Shown here: positions 33,472 to 42,334 of the stretch, piece by piece | How positions within the stretch are numbered: the first letter of the stretch is position 1 | How the letters are laid out: the number at the start of each line of letters is the position of its first letter | Source of the DNA: a virus | Taxonomy: Duplodnaviria > Caudoviricetes | Strand: one strand, 5' to 3' | DNA: 64,000 nucleotides | IMG/VR virus record: IMGVR_UViG_3300025450_001231 | The notes under the pieces: generated by a model | Seen by the model: only the letters and a program-made list of their open reading frames with translations | Databases searched by the model: none | Told to the model about the DNA's origin: nothing | Translations under genes and position numbers: made by a program

Positions 33472-34085
33472 AGATATTGGTAATGGGTTTGCCAGGATCT
33501 GGTAAAACTACATTTAGTCAAGAACTAGTTAAACGACTAATGCTTACCCATTCAGTAAGTTGGTTCAATGCTGACACAGTAAGAGAACAATTTAACGATT
33601 GGGATTTTTCTCCTGAAGGTCGCGAACGCCAAATGCAACGTATGATTGACCTGAGCAACAACTCGGGTAGTGATTTTTCAGTTTGCGATTTTGTTTGCCC
33701 TACTGAAAAACTACGTGATGCATTTAATGCTGATATAGTTATTTGGATGGATACCATTGAAGAAGGTAGATTTGCAGATACCAATAAATTATTCGAAAAC
33801 CCAACTTCAGTAACATATCATATTACAGATTGGTCAGACTCTTGGGTAAAGTCCATAGCTAGTGATTTAACGCAAGCACCCAGTGACTCCAATGTTAGAA
33901 GTTTAGTAAAAGCAATATCTTGGCGTATCATTGGCACAGTGGAAACATTTTTAATAAGTTTATTAATGACTGGCAAATTGACTACTGCTGGTAGTATTGC
34001 TGGCATACAAGCAGTATTATCAACATTATTATATTGGTACCACGAAAGAGTTTGGAACAAACTTAAATGGGGCAAGACTCGATAG
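33468..34085 (+). CDS. Adenylylsulfate (APS) kinase-like P-loop kinase fused to a DUF2061-like membrane domain
   Basis: GLPGSGKTT P-loop, NADTVR, DWDFSPEGRERQ; C-terminal RSLVKAISWRIIGT...LYWYHERVWNKLKWG. Confidence 0.75.
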   Translation: MKILVMGLPGSGKTTFSQELVKRLMLTHSVSWFNADTVREQFNDWDFSPEGRERQMQRMIDLSNNSGSDFSVCDFVCPTEKLRDAFNADIVIWMDTIEEGRFADTNKLFENPTSVTYHITDWSDSWVKSIASDLTQAPSDSNVRSLVKAISWRIIGTVETFLISLLMTGKLTTAGSIAGIQAVLSTLLYWYHERVWNKLKWGKTR

Positions 34086-34106
34086 ATCTGATTTTGTAGA
34101 TACCTG

Positions 34107-34135
34107 TTGACGCACAGTTAAATATACTGTATAAT
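34107..34135 (+). promoter_or_regulatory. sigma70-type promoter with an embedded late box
   Basis: TTGACG-N17-TATAAT; GTTAAATA at 34117-34124 inside the spacer; ATG at 34144. Confidence 0.75.
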
Positions 34136-34143
34136 CAACAATT

Positions 34144-35199
34144 ATGAATCCTACATTACACATTCTATCCAATCCCTACGGAATAACACACACCAAATAT
34201 CGAATTGAACCTTTTAACGTAGCTGTACTTAAATTTATAGCTAATATGAAAGACAGGGGTTTCAATTTATTACACTACGGACACGAAAGCGCAGAAGTAG
34301 ACTGCGAAAATGTTGCAGTAATTACCAACGAAGATCATCCGCCTCCCGAAAAAGATCAAATATTTTCAGAAAAAGGTGACTTGGGAGCCAAGTTCACTGA
34401 ACGTGCAGATAAAGAAATCTCCCGCAGAAAACGTCCAGGTGATATGATTCTATGCTTTTATGGCATAGCACATAAAGAACTGGCACTACGACATCAGGAT
34501 CTTTTTATAGTTGAACCTAGCATCGGTTATTGGCCCGACACAGTATTTGCACCTTATCGTGCATTTACTAGTTATAGTCAAATGCATTACTACTATGGCC
34601 TGCATCAAAGATTACTAACTCCCAGTTGGTTTGATACAGTTATTGCTAATGCATTTACTCCTAGTGAATTTGAGTTCAATGATAAAAAAGATGATTATTT
34701 TGTATTCCTTGGGCGTGTTAATACCGACAAAGGAGTTGACCTTTGTATCCAGGTTACAGAACATTTAGGTAAAAAATTGATAGTAGCCGGACCGGGTAAC
34801 TTACAAAGTCTGGGCTATGCAACAACTCCCAGTCACGTGACTCACATTGGGCCAGTTAATATGGAAGAACGCAAACAACTGTTATCTAAAGCAGCTTGTT
34901 TAATGGCACCCACACACTATTTAGAGCCCTTTGGTAATATTGTAGTAGAAGCTGCAATGAGTGGTACTCCAGTACTGACTCCAGACTGGGGCGGATTCGT
35001 TGATAGTGTAGTACACGGGGTAACAGGATTTAGATGCGGAGACTTCAAAACATTTGTTGAATCCGCGGCAGTCGTAGATCAGTTAGATCCTGCTAATTGC
35101 AGAACCTGGGCAATGGATAACTTCAGTGATGATGTAATTCACGCAAAATTTGAAAACTGGTTCAAGAAAATATCAAGGCAAAATTTTTATTATGTATAA
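34144..35199 (+). CDS. Glycosyltransferase, GT-B fold (GT4-like)
   Basis: FVFLGRVNTDKG and EPFGNIVVEAAMSGTPVL (E-x7-E motif). Confidence 0.9.
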   Translation: MNPTLHILSNPYGITHTKYRIEPFNVAVLKFIANMKDRGFNLLHYGHESAEVDCENVAVITNEDHPPPEKDQIFSEKGDLGAKFTERADKEISRRKRPGDMILCFYGIAHKELALRHQDLFIVEPSIGYWPDTVFAPYRAFTSYSQMHYYYGLHQRLLTPSWFDTVIANAFTPSEFEFNDKKDDYFVFLGRVNTDKGVDLCIQVTEHLGKKLIVAGPGNLQSLGYATTPSHVTHIGPVNMEERKQLLSKAACLMAPTHYLEPFGNIVVEAAMSGTPVLTPDWGGFVDSVVHGVTGFRCGDFKTFVESAAVVDQLDPANCRTWAMDNFSDDVIHAKFENWFKKISRQNFYYV

Positions 35200-35602
35200 C
35201 ATTTATAGCAAAGTTGCACCCGAGTTGTTGTTGCACAGAATCAATAGATTTGACGAAATAACCGAGCGTACAGATATCAGTGAAAATGAACAGTTTTTGC
35301 AATTGGCTACATTGCGTATGCCCAAAGACAAAACATTCAGACCGCACAAACATATTTGGAAACAACCAGTAGTTGATTTGGTAATTGCACAAGAGTCTTG
35401 GGTAGTAATTCAAGGTAGTGTGGAGGTTAGTTTTTTTGATATTGACGACACACTGATTGAAAAACAAATTATCCGCCGCGGCGATTGTAGTTTGACTTAT
35501 CAAGGCGGGCATACTTATACTATCTTAGAAGATGATACAGTGGTTTATGAATATAAAACAGGACCTTATCAAGGCCAAGAGTTAGATAAAGTATTTCTAT
35601 GA
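35192..35602 (+). CDS. Cupin-fold protein (WbuC-like)
   Basis: FRPHKH, QESWVVIQG, GGHTY cupin ligands; ATG 35192 preferred over the track start. Confidence 0.7.
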   Translation: MYNIYSKVAPELLLHRINRFDEITERTDISENEQFLQLATLRMPKDKTFRPHKHIWKQPVVDLVIAQESWVVIQGSVEVSFFDIDDTLIEKQIIRRGDCSLTYQGGHTYTILEDDTVVYEYKTGPYQGQELDKVFL

Positions 35603-36171
35603 GCAATTTGTTTTTTGATACTGCAACATTAAAATCCTGTGGTACTAATGTTATCATTGGGAAGACTGTGCGTATCAGAAATCCTGAATTGGTAAGTATT
35701 GGCAACAATGTAATTATTGACGACTACACCTACATATCAGGAACAGTCAACATCGGCGACTATGTACACATAGCTGCTGGCTGTGTGTTAAGTGCAAGTG
35801 CTGGTATCATTACTATGCGAGCATTCAGCGGTTTAAGTGCTGGATGTAAGGTCTATGCTGGTAGTAGTAATTATGTTAAATGTGGGTTGGATTTACCTAC
35901 AATACCCAAACAGTATCAATACAATGTGATAATTGACAATGTAGTGCTAGATAGTTTTGTGTTAGTTGGGGCAAACAGTATAGTACTACCCGGCAGTAAC
36001 TTACCTCAAGGGCTTGCAGTAGCAGCCAATACTGTAGTTAACAAATCATTAAATTTAGAAAAATGGAATTTATTGGTTGATAGGTCTGGCAAACAAATTC
36101 CCCGCAGAGGAGTCAAAGAACTTGCTCAACGAGTAAATGAATTTTATAATATAGAGATCGATTATGAGTGA
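35599..36171 (+). CDS. Left-handed beta-helix sugar acyltransferase
   Basis: Hexapeptide repeats (VSIGNNVIIDD, VNIGDYVHIAAG, VLVGANSIVLPG). Confidence 0.85.
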   Translation: MSNLFFDTATLKSCGTNVIIGKTVRIRNPELVSIGNNVIIDDYTYISGTVNIGDYVHIAAGCVLSASAGIITMRAFSGLSAGCKVYAGSSNYVKCGLDLPTIPKQYQYNVIIDNVVLDSFVLVGANSIVLPGSNLPQGLAVAANTVVNKSLNLEKWNLLVDRSGKQIPRRGVKELAQRVNEFYNIEIDYE

Positions 36172-36856
36172 AAAATATACCAGCTGGCCTTTGGGGCAAT
36201 TACCAAAACATCTACAACGCCCAGAATTAGATCAATTGAAAACTTTGGGATATGATTGGCAAGATCCAAGAGATGTAGTAGATATGTTTGAAAAGAAAGT
36301 TGCAGCATTTGCTGGTAGCCGTTATGCGGTGGCAGTAGATTGTTGCAGTCACGCAGTATTTTTAAGTTTGAAATACTGTAATGCTATGGGCACAGTTACT
36401 ATGCCTACTAGATCCTATGTGAGTATTGCACAACAGATTGTGCACGCTGGCTGTCGTGTGGCATTTGAAGATATTGCGTGGAGTGGAAGGTATCAACTTA
36501 AACCTTATCCTGTATGGGATGCCGCAGTACGATGGGCTCCCGGAATGTATACAGGTGGGCTACATTGCGTAAGTTTTCAACTTAAAAAGCGTGTACCAAT
36601 TGGCCGCGGCGGTATGGTACTAACAGATGATCTCGAAGCATACAAATGGCTTAAATTGGCCAGTTATGATGGCAGAGATTTAGCGGTTCCCCAGTGGGAA
36701 GATGATTATGCAGTAATGGGATGGCACTACTATATGACCCCTGAAGATGCTGCACGTGGAATTATACTAATGGATAGTGTGGATCCCAGTACATATGGTG
36801 ATTCAGCAACAGAACAAAACTATCCAGATTTAACAACTAAACGACTATTCAAATGA
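36164..36856 (+). CDS. DegT/DnrJ/EryC1/StrS-family PLP aminotransferase, short form (230 aa)
   Basis: FEKKVAAFAGSRYAVAVDCCSHA, WDAA, SFQLKKRVPIGRGGM, GWHYYM. Confidence 0.85.
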   Translation: MSEKYTSWPLGQLPKHLQRPELDQLKTLGYDWQDPRDVVDMFEKKVAAFAGSRYAVAVDCCSHAVFLSLKYCNAMGTVTMPTRSYVSIAQQIVHAGCRVAFEDIAWSGRYQLKPYPVWDAAVRWAPGMYTGGLHCVSFQLKKRVPIGRGGMVLTDDLEAYKWLKLASYDGRDLAVPQWEDDYAVMGWHYYMTPEDAARGIILMDSVDPSTYGDSATEQNYPDLTTKRLFK

Positions 36857-37821
36857 CAAAAAGAGCACTAATAACAGGTATAACAGGGCAAGACGGCAGT
36901 TATCTTAGCGAATATCTACTGAGTCTTGGCTACGAAGTCTACGGCGTTGTTCGTAGGCATAGTGTGGCAGAAAATCAAAGCAGTAGACTCAGCCATATAG
37001 ACACACGTATAACTCGTATCTATGGTGACTTGACTGATGAGTGGAGCATTACTAAAACTATTACTGATATCCAACCGGACGAGATTTACAATCTCGCAGC
37101 TATGAGTCACGTAAGAATCAGTTTTGAAATGCCAGCATTTACAATTAAAACCAATGGACTTGGTGTACTAACAATGCTAGAAGCTTATCGTCAATTTTGT
37201 CCCACTGCTAAGTTTTATCAAGCCAGCAGTAGTGAAATGTTTGGCAATAGCATCGACGAAGACCATACTCAAAGATTAACCACACCAATGGTACCAGTAA
37301 GTCCTTACGGTGTTAGTAAAGTAATGGGCTACAATCTTGTACGTCATTATAGAGATGCTTATAAACTACACGCCTGTAACGGCATATTGTTTAATCATGA
37401 AAGCCCACGTAGGGGAACTAACTTTGTTACTAATAAGATTGTTAAAACTGCAGTGGAAATTAAAAAAGGGCTAGCAGACAAATTGGAATTAGGTAACTTA
37501 GACAGTTGCAGAGATTGGGGGCATAGTTATGATTATGTACGTGCTATGCATTTGATCATAAACAATGATTTACCTAGAGACTGGGTAGTCGCCACTGGCG
37601 AAAGTCATAGTGTACGAGACTTATGCGAGTATGTGTTTTCTAAATTAGATATGGACTATAATCAATATGTAGTACAGAATCAAAAGTTTTTACGTCCCGA
37701 AGAGCTACGCTATCTCAAAGGCGATAGTAGCAAGATTAGAGCTGAGTTAGGTTGGAAACCTACCTATACTTTTGAATCTATGTTAGACGAAATGATTGCA
37801 CATTGGATGGAGCAGGTTTGA
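36853..37821 (+). CDS. gmd: GDP-mannose 4,6-dehydratase
   Basis: ALITGITGQDGSYL, IYNLAAMSHVRISF, FYQASSSEMFG, PVSPYGVSK, GILFNHESPRRG, RDWGH. Confidence 0.97.
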   Translation: MTKRALITGITGQDGSYLSEYLLSLGYEVYGVVRRHSVAENQSSRLSHIDTRITRIYGDLTDEWSITKTITDIQPDEIYNLAAMSHVRISFEMPAFTIKTNGLGVLTMLEAYRQFCPTAKFYQASSSEMFGNSIDEDHTQRLTTPMVPVSPYGVSKVMGYNLVRHYRDAYKLHACNGILFNHESPRRGTNFVTNKIVKTAVEIKKGLADKLELGNLDSCRDWGHSYDYVRAMHLIINNDLPRDWVVATGESHSVRDLCEYVFSKLDMDYNQYVVQNQKFLRPEELRYLKGDSSKIRAELGWKPTYTFESMLDEMIAHWMEQV

Positions 37822-38618
37822 TGCAGGCAGTTCAGTACGGGTATATGCCAGGTTACAGTGGTAACCCTGCTTTTCAATTTACAAAAGACTTTGATCGACG
37901 AGTTGCAGTAAGCTTTGATACGATAGAAACAGACTTAACCGCCGACTATCGAGTGTTGGTACAATGCGAACCTCCAGTGTTGTACAGAGATTTTGTAAAG
38001 ATGGTGTATGACAATGCCGATAAATTTGATCTCATACTTGCGTATAATCCTGAATTATTAAAATTACCTAACGCCAAATTATTTGTGCCTGCCGGTAGTT
38101 GGATACAAACTCCCGACATTGTAAAACACAATCAAATTACCTATATGATGAGCAGTAAAATATATACTCCTGACCATAGACTGCGTTTTATGATATTGCG
38201 GAGAATGGAAAAACGCACTATTGTAGGCGACTTTGAATTCAAAATGTATCGAAGTCCTCCTAGAATTCCTACCAAGGACCCTTACTTCCAAAATGCCAAG
38301 TTCAATATAGCTTGCGAAAACCAAGTTATGCACAATATGTTTAGTGAGAAAATATTGGATTGTTTTATAACTAAAACTGTTCCTATATACTATGGTTGTA
38401 TTAATATAGGCGAGTTTTTTAATCCTGCAGGAGTTGTGCCATTTTTTAACATAGAACAGTTAGAAAACATACTAAAAAATATTACTCCTGCACACTATGA
38501 CGCAATGGCAGATGCTATAGAAGAAAACTACCAACGAGCGTTGCCTTATTGGGAAAAAAGTATCTATCAACGATTAGAAGAATTTATTGCAGCTGAGATA
38601 GCACAACTAAGTAATTAA
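37821..38618 (+). CDS. GT10-like (alpha-1,3-fucosyltransferase-like) glycosyltransferase
   Basis: KFNIACENQ...FSEKILDCFITKTVPIYYG matches the GT10 motif; ATG overlaps the gmd stop (TGATG). Confidence 0.75.
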   Translation: MQAVQYGYMPGYSGNPAFQFTKDFDRRVAVSFDTIETDLTADYRVLVQCEPPVLYRDFVKMVYDNADKFDLILAYNPELLKLPNAKLFVPAGSWIQTPDIVKHNQITYMMSSKIYTPDHRLRFMILRRMEKRTIVGDFEFKMYRSPPRIPTKDPYFQNAKFNIACENQVMHNMFSEKILDCFITKTVPIYYGCINIGEFFNPAGVVPFFNIEQLENILKNITPAHYDAMADAIEENYQRALPYWEKSIYQRLEEFIAAEIAQLSN

Positions 38619-38632
38619 TACTCGATAATATT

Positions 38633-39187
38633 ATGATAACAAATGTAATTATAACTGATAACTTTTACAGTAATCCTGATGGGGTTAGAAATTTTGCACT
38701 GAGTCAACCATTTTCAGTGACTGGAAATTTTCCAGGAAAAAGAACAATCAGCCATCTTACTCCCGATGTAAAAGAAACTATTCAAAGCATAGTATGGAAC
38801 GCCGGCGGTGCAGTAACAGATTGGTTTGAGAACGACGGCTACACAGGTGCATTTCAATTGACTACGGCAGCAGATCGCAGCTGGGTTCATAGTGATCATT
38901 TTAACACTTGGGCAGGAGTTTGTTATCTTAACCCTGACGCTCCTTACACAGGCGGTACTGGTTTATTTAGGCATCGTGCAACTGGTGCAGTTCGTGCAGG
39001 CGAATTAACCACTGGATACGAAGCACAAGATATGACCAAATGGGATTTATATGATACACTGGGTAACATATATAATCGTTTGGTATTATACCGGGGAGAT
39101 CTTTTTCACAGCAGTTTAGACTACTTTGGATCTGACCTATACACAGGAAGACTTTTCCAAGTTTTCTTTTTCAGCACACAATATTGA
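38633..39187 (+). CDS. 2OG-Fe(II) oxygenase-like protein (DUF6445-type)
   Basis: DNFYSNPDGVR...GNFPGKRT, WVHSD (HxD), YNRLVLYRGDLFHS. Confidence 0.7.
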   Translation: MITNVIITDNFYSNPDGVRNFALSQPFSVTGNFPGKRTISHLTPDVKETIQSIVWNAGGAVTDWFENDGYTGAFQLTTAADRSWVHSDHFNTWAGVCYLNPDAPYTGGTGLFRHRATGAVRAGELTTGYEAQDMTKWDLYDTLGNIYNRLVLYRGDLFHSSLDYFGSDLYTGRLFQVFFFSTQY

Positions 39188-39196
39188 AAGACACTT

Positions 39197-39724
39197 ATGG
39201 TTAACCAAGTACCCAACTTTTTAGAACAACACATACTCGACGAAATTACACAAAAATTTGAAGACAGCAAAGGCAAAGCTGCATTTGAAATTAACAATAT
39301 GGGACGTTGGGGGCAGGGATTAGACCGCGGCAGTTTTGCTCCTGTGTTTATTATACCTCTTAGTGAGTACGAAGAATACTTTGTTAACAAATACAAGTCT
39401 GTTGATCCTGCATTTGCTGACTATAATCATGCCACAGTATTTTTACACATTTGGCCTCCTGGCAGTCAAATCAACTTCCACCACGATGACGTAAGTGAAG
39501 GTCAAGACAAACGGTTAACCAGTACAATTTATATTAATCCCAATTGGAATTGGAATTGGGGCGGATTATTTTTATACGATGATCCTGAGCAAGGACAACG
39601 TTGGATATTTCCTCATTACAATCTAATGACTTGGTTTGTACCACCGATTTATCACGGTACCAGTATGCTTACATTGGCTGCAGAATATCCAAGACTTAGC
39701 ATACAGTTATTCTTTACAAAATAA
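39197..39724 (+). CDS. 2OG-Fe(II) oxygenase (prolyl-4-hydroxylase-like)
   Basis: NFHHDD (HxD), TIYINPNWNWNWGGLF, distal IYHG, and PRLS arginine. Confidence 0.8.
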   Translation: MVNQVPNFLEQHILDEITQKFEDSKGKAAFEINNMGRWGQGLDRGSFAPVFIIPLSEYEEYFVNKYKSVDPAFADYNHATVFLHIWPPGSQINFHHDDVSEGQDKRLTSTIYINPNWNWNWGGLFLYDDPEQGQRWIFPHYNLMTWFVPPIYHGTSMLTLAAEYPRLSIQLFFTK

Positions 39725-39725
39725 T

Positions 39726-40310
39726 ATGAATCTAGATCATTGGTTTCCTAGTGTAATCGGTAGAGACTATCACCCCGAGTGGATTGAACCAATGAATCTG
39801 CAGATGGATAAATTATTTGAATCCCCTGATAGAAATATCAACACTGATTTTTACTACAACGGTGAAACAACCTACGGCACACAAAATTTAACTCACAACG
39901 AAGATTTCAAACCTTTTATGGATTTTATACAAGCCCAGGCCTGTGCATTTCTAGAACAAATGGGTTATGATAGTAGTCGTGTGCCTTGGAAGCCATTTTT
40001 ATTTGCCAACAGATTTTTAGAGGGTAGTGCACATCCTAAACATCTGCACAGTCAATGTACTATAAGCGGAATTTACTATCTTAAAACTCCGCCTGGCAGT
40101 GCCAACATAAGATTCTATCCTAATCAGCCATTTAAGGATTTCTTTGATTATATGTTTATGATTAAAGATCCTACAAATTGGTATAGTTTACCGCATACTG
40201 ATTATGTTCCTAGCCCAGGATTATTGTTGATGTGGCCCAGCTGGTTGTATCACGAAGTTCCTCCTAATCACAGTATAGAACCTAGAACCAGTCTAGTGTT
40301 TAATCTCTGA
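39726..40310 (+). CDS. Putative 2OG-Fe(II) oxygenase (TIGR02466-like)
   Basis: HPKHLHSQCTISGIYY, LLMWPSWLYHEV, PRTS; start moved to ATG 39726, just after the upstream stop. Confidence 0.8.
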   Translation: MNLDHWFPSVIGRDYHPEWIEPMNLQMDKLFESPDRNINTDFYYNGETTYGTQNLTHNEDFKPFMDFIQAQACAFLEQMGYDSSRVPWKPFLFANRFLEGSAHPKHLHSQCTISGIYYLKTPPGSANIRFYPNQPFKDFFDYMFMIKDPTNWYSLPHTDYVPSPGLLLMWPSWLYHEVPPNHSIEPRTSLVFNL

Positions 40311-40734
40311 TCTTTTCTAAAACCTGTATTTTATCTTTATTGGCTTTGAACTTGAATGTTCTCCAAACTCCTGGATGCAACGGTCTAGGCATATGGTCCA
40401 ATGTAACCCAACAATATCCGTGATGTTCATGATTTAACGCAGGTAAAAATTCATCTTCTACTTTGATTAAAAAAGTATGATAGATAAATGTACCTTTGTT
40501 ACTGGTGTATTGTTCGATGGGTAGTATCTTGGCTCCTTTAATTTCCCCGCCAAGTTCTTCTCGTATTTCTCTTTGAAGTCCGTCAAGTATAGATTCTCCC
40601 GATTCTATTTTTCCGCCCACTATTCCCCACGTGTCAGGGAATCTCCCACCATTTCTTAATAGGAATAGATATCTGTTGGTGCTTGTTGAATATATAAGTG
40701 CACCACAACTTTGTTTTAGATTATTAGTTGCCAT
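40300..40734 (-). CDS. Nudix hydrolase
   Basis: Nudix box GGKIESGESILDGLQREIREELG. Confidence 0.92.
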   Translation of the reverse strand: MATNNLKQSCGALIYSTSTNRYLFLLRNGGRFPDTWGIVGGKIESGESILDGLQREIREELGGEIKGAKILPIEQYTSNKGTFIYHTFLIKVEDEFLPALNHEHHGYCWVTLDHMPRPLHPGVWRTFKFKANKDKIQVLEKIRD

Positions 40735-42326
40735 TGTCCTGCTGGGTAATACCCTTCATAACTCTTGGTCCATTGTGCACCGTCCCATTTATACTGTACA
40801 CTGGTAGTTAAGTTAGTAACATAGTTTACTGCAGAAGTGGCTCTACTGTCAAATGCTACTTGCCAGTGTTGCCCATTAAATTGTATAATATCGTTAGCAA
40901 CTGCATATAATGGTGTATTATCTCTGCCCATCCAATTGTATTGTGGTTGTGCACCTGGAGTAGTTATATAATCGTTGACCAACAAATAGCGTGTGCCGTC
41001 GGCTAGGTCTTGAAGATCTTTATTTGGTCTGCTGTTCTGCGGATCGATTATAGCATTGACAGGAACTAATGTATTTGCTGGTATAGTATCTATATCCGGA
41101 GTCCACATTAGTACAGTATCGTCAACAGGATTATATGCTACAGTACCGATTACTTCGTTACGATCCGGAAGTGTAAATCTAATTTGGCTACCACCATTGA
41201 CCAAGTTACCGTAGATATTGACAACAGTTCTCCAAGGTAAGTTCGTTCCAATTTTATGTGTAACAGCATTAAATGTAATCAAGTCACCGTCAAATCCTGT
41301 AACAATATTACTGGTTGTAACAGTTGTACCGTTGATGCTCACCACTACACTATTATTGCTTACAGTTGCAACAGGTGTTGCACCGTCGGTTACAGCTAGT
41401 GTACCGACTATCATTCCAGGTTCTATACCGTCTGTGTTATCAACTACAACAGTTGTGCCATTTCTGACAGACGAAGTCAATTGTTTAATAACTTGTTGTG
41501 CAGTAGGATCGATTACCGGATCGTGTTCTTGCACTAATTTTACAGTATTGTCTATTAATATTACTCCGTACTGTAATGGTGTAATATATTGTCGACTCAT
41601 CAAATTGGCATCACTATAAATGGCTTCGTCTATGTTGCCGTCTGAGTCAAAAATACTGGCAATAATTTTTTGAACAACTCCCAATTTCTTAACCAGCGCA
41701 GGTGCACTTAGGAATATTGGTAATTCAAAAGTTAGTGTAGCAACGTCAATGGGATTTTCAGTACCAATTGGCACAGTTCTTGAACTCCAGGTAGTATCAG
41801 TCAGTGTTATGTAAGTAATACTGGTCCAATCAACATAGTTGTCTGTGCTTTGAATTTCCATAGACGGATTAAACAAGGTTGAAATTTGCTCAATCAGTTG
41901 TAATTTTTGTTCAGTATTACTGGTCCAAATATCTACCTTGAGAGTTAATCGATAAGGCACAGGCATTAGTCTTTCGACAGTTAATAAATCGCCTTGGGTA
42001 GTACTAAAATCCCCAGTGCTAGGATCAAAGAATCTTTCACGTAAATTTAGTTTACCTACATACGTTGGATTCTGCACTCTTTCCCTGTCGTATTTTAGTT
42101 CACTAATATAAACAGCCATAGCAGGAACACTATTCAAATAGTTTTCACTGTTTTGTTTTAGAATAGCCATACCTTGACGACTGCTATCGCCATAAATCAC
42201 AGGGACTCTTTGAAGTGCAATACTGTTGTTTCGGTCAAATCCGAATTCAACTTGAAAGTTACTGAGTATACGAATAAACTGAGTAAGGTATCTTCGGATT
42301 TGCCCTGAATAGAAAAATTGTTGCAT
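40716..42326 (-). CDS. gp15: Tail sheath stabiliser/tail terminator (T4 gp15-like) with a long C-terminal extension
   Basis: FFYSGQIRRYLTQF, LQRVPVIYG, PVPYRLTLKVDIWTSNTEQKLQLIEQISTLFNP. Confidence 0.75.
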   Translation of the reverse strand: MQQFFYSGQIRRYLTQFIRILSNFQVEFGFDRNNSIALQRVPVIYGDSSRQGMAILKQNSENYLNSVPAMAVYISELKYDRERVQNPTYVGKLNLRERFFDPSTGDFSTTQGDLLTVERLMPVPYRLTLKVDIWTSNTEQKLQLIEQISTLFNPSMEIQSTDNYVDWTSITYITLTDTTWSSRTVPIGTENPIDVATLTFELPIFLSAPALVKKLGVVQKIIASIFDSDGNIDEAIYSDANLMSRQYITPLQYGVILIDNTVKLVQEHDPVIDPTAQQVIKQLTSSVRNGTTVVVDNTDGIEPGMIVGTLAVTDGATPVATVSNNSVVVSINGTTVTTSNIVTGFDGDLITFNAVTHKIGTNLPWRTVVNIYGNLVNGGSQIRFTLPDRNEVIGTVAYNPVDDTVLMWTPDIDTIPANTLVPVNAIIDPQNSRPNKDLQDLADGTRYLLVNDYITTPGAQPQYNWMGRDNTPLYAVANDIIQFNGQHWQVAFDSRATSAVNYVTNLTTSVQYKWDGAQWTKSYEGYYPAGQWQLII

Positions 42327-42334
42327 AGTGTTGT

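Noticed and set aside
35150-39726. Longer ORF-track starts at 35150, 37803 and 39636 (also 10255)
   Set aside because: They overlap upstream genes extensively; downstream ATGs at 35192, 37821, 39726 and 10291 give typical coupled junctions.
1-40310. Giant eukaryotic virus (NCLDV) or bacterial O-antigen locus origin suggested by collagen, RCC1, Gmd and glycosyltransferases
   Set aside because: Contiguous T4-like sheath, tube, neck, terminase, gp32 and uvsX genes and T4-type late boxes in the same region indicate a tailed phage.
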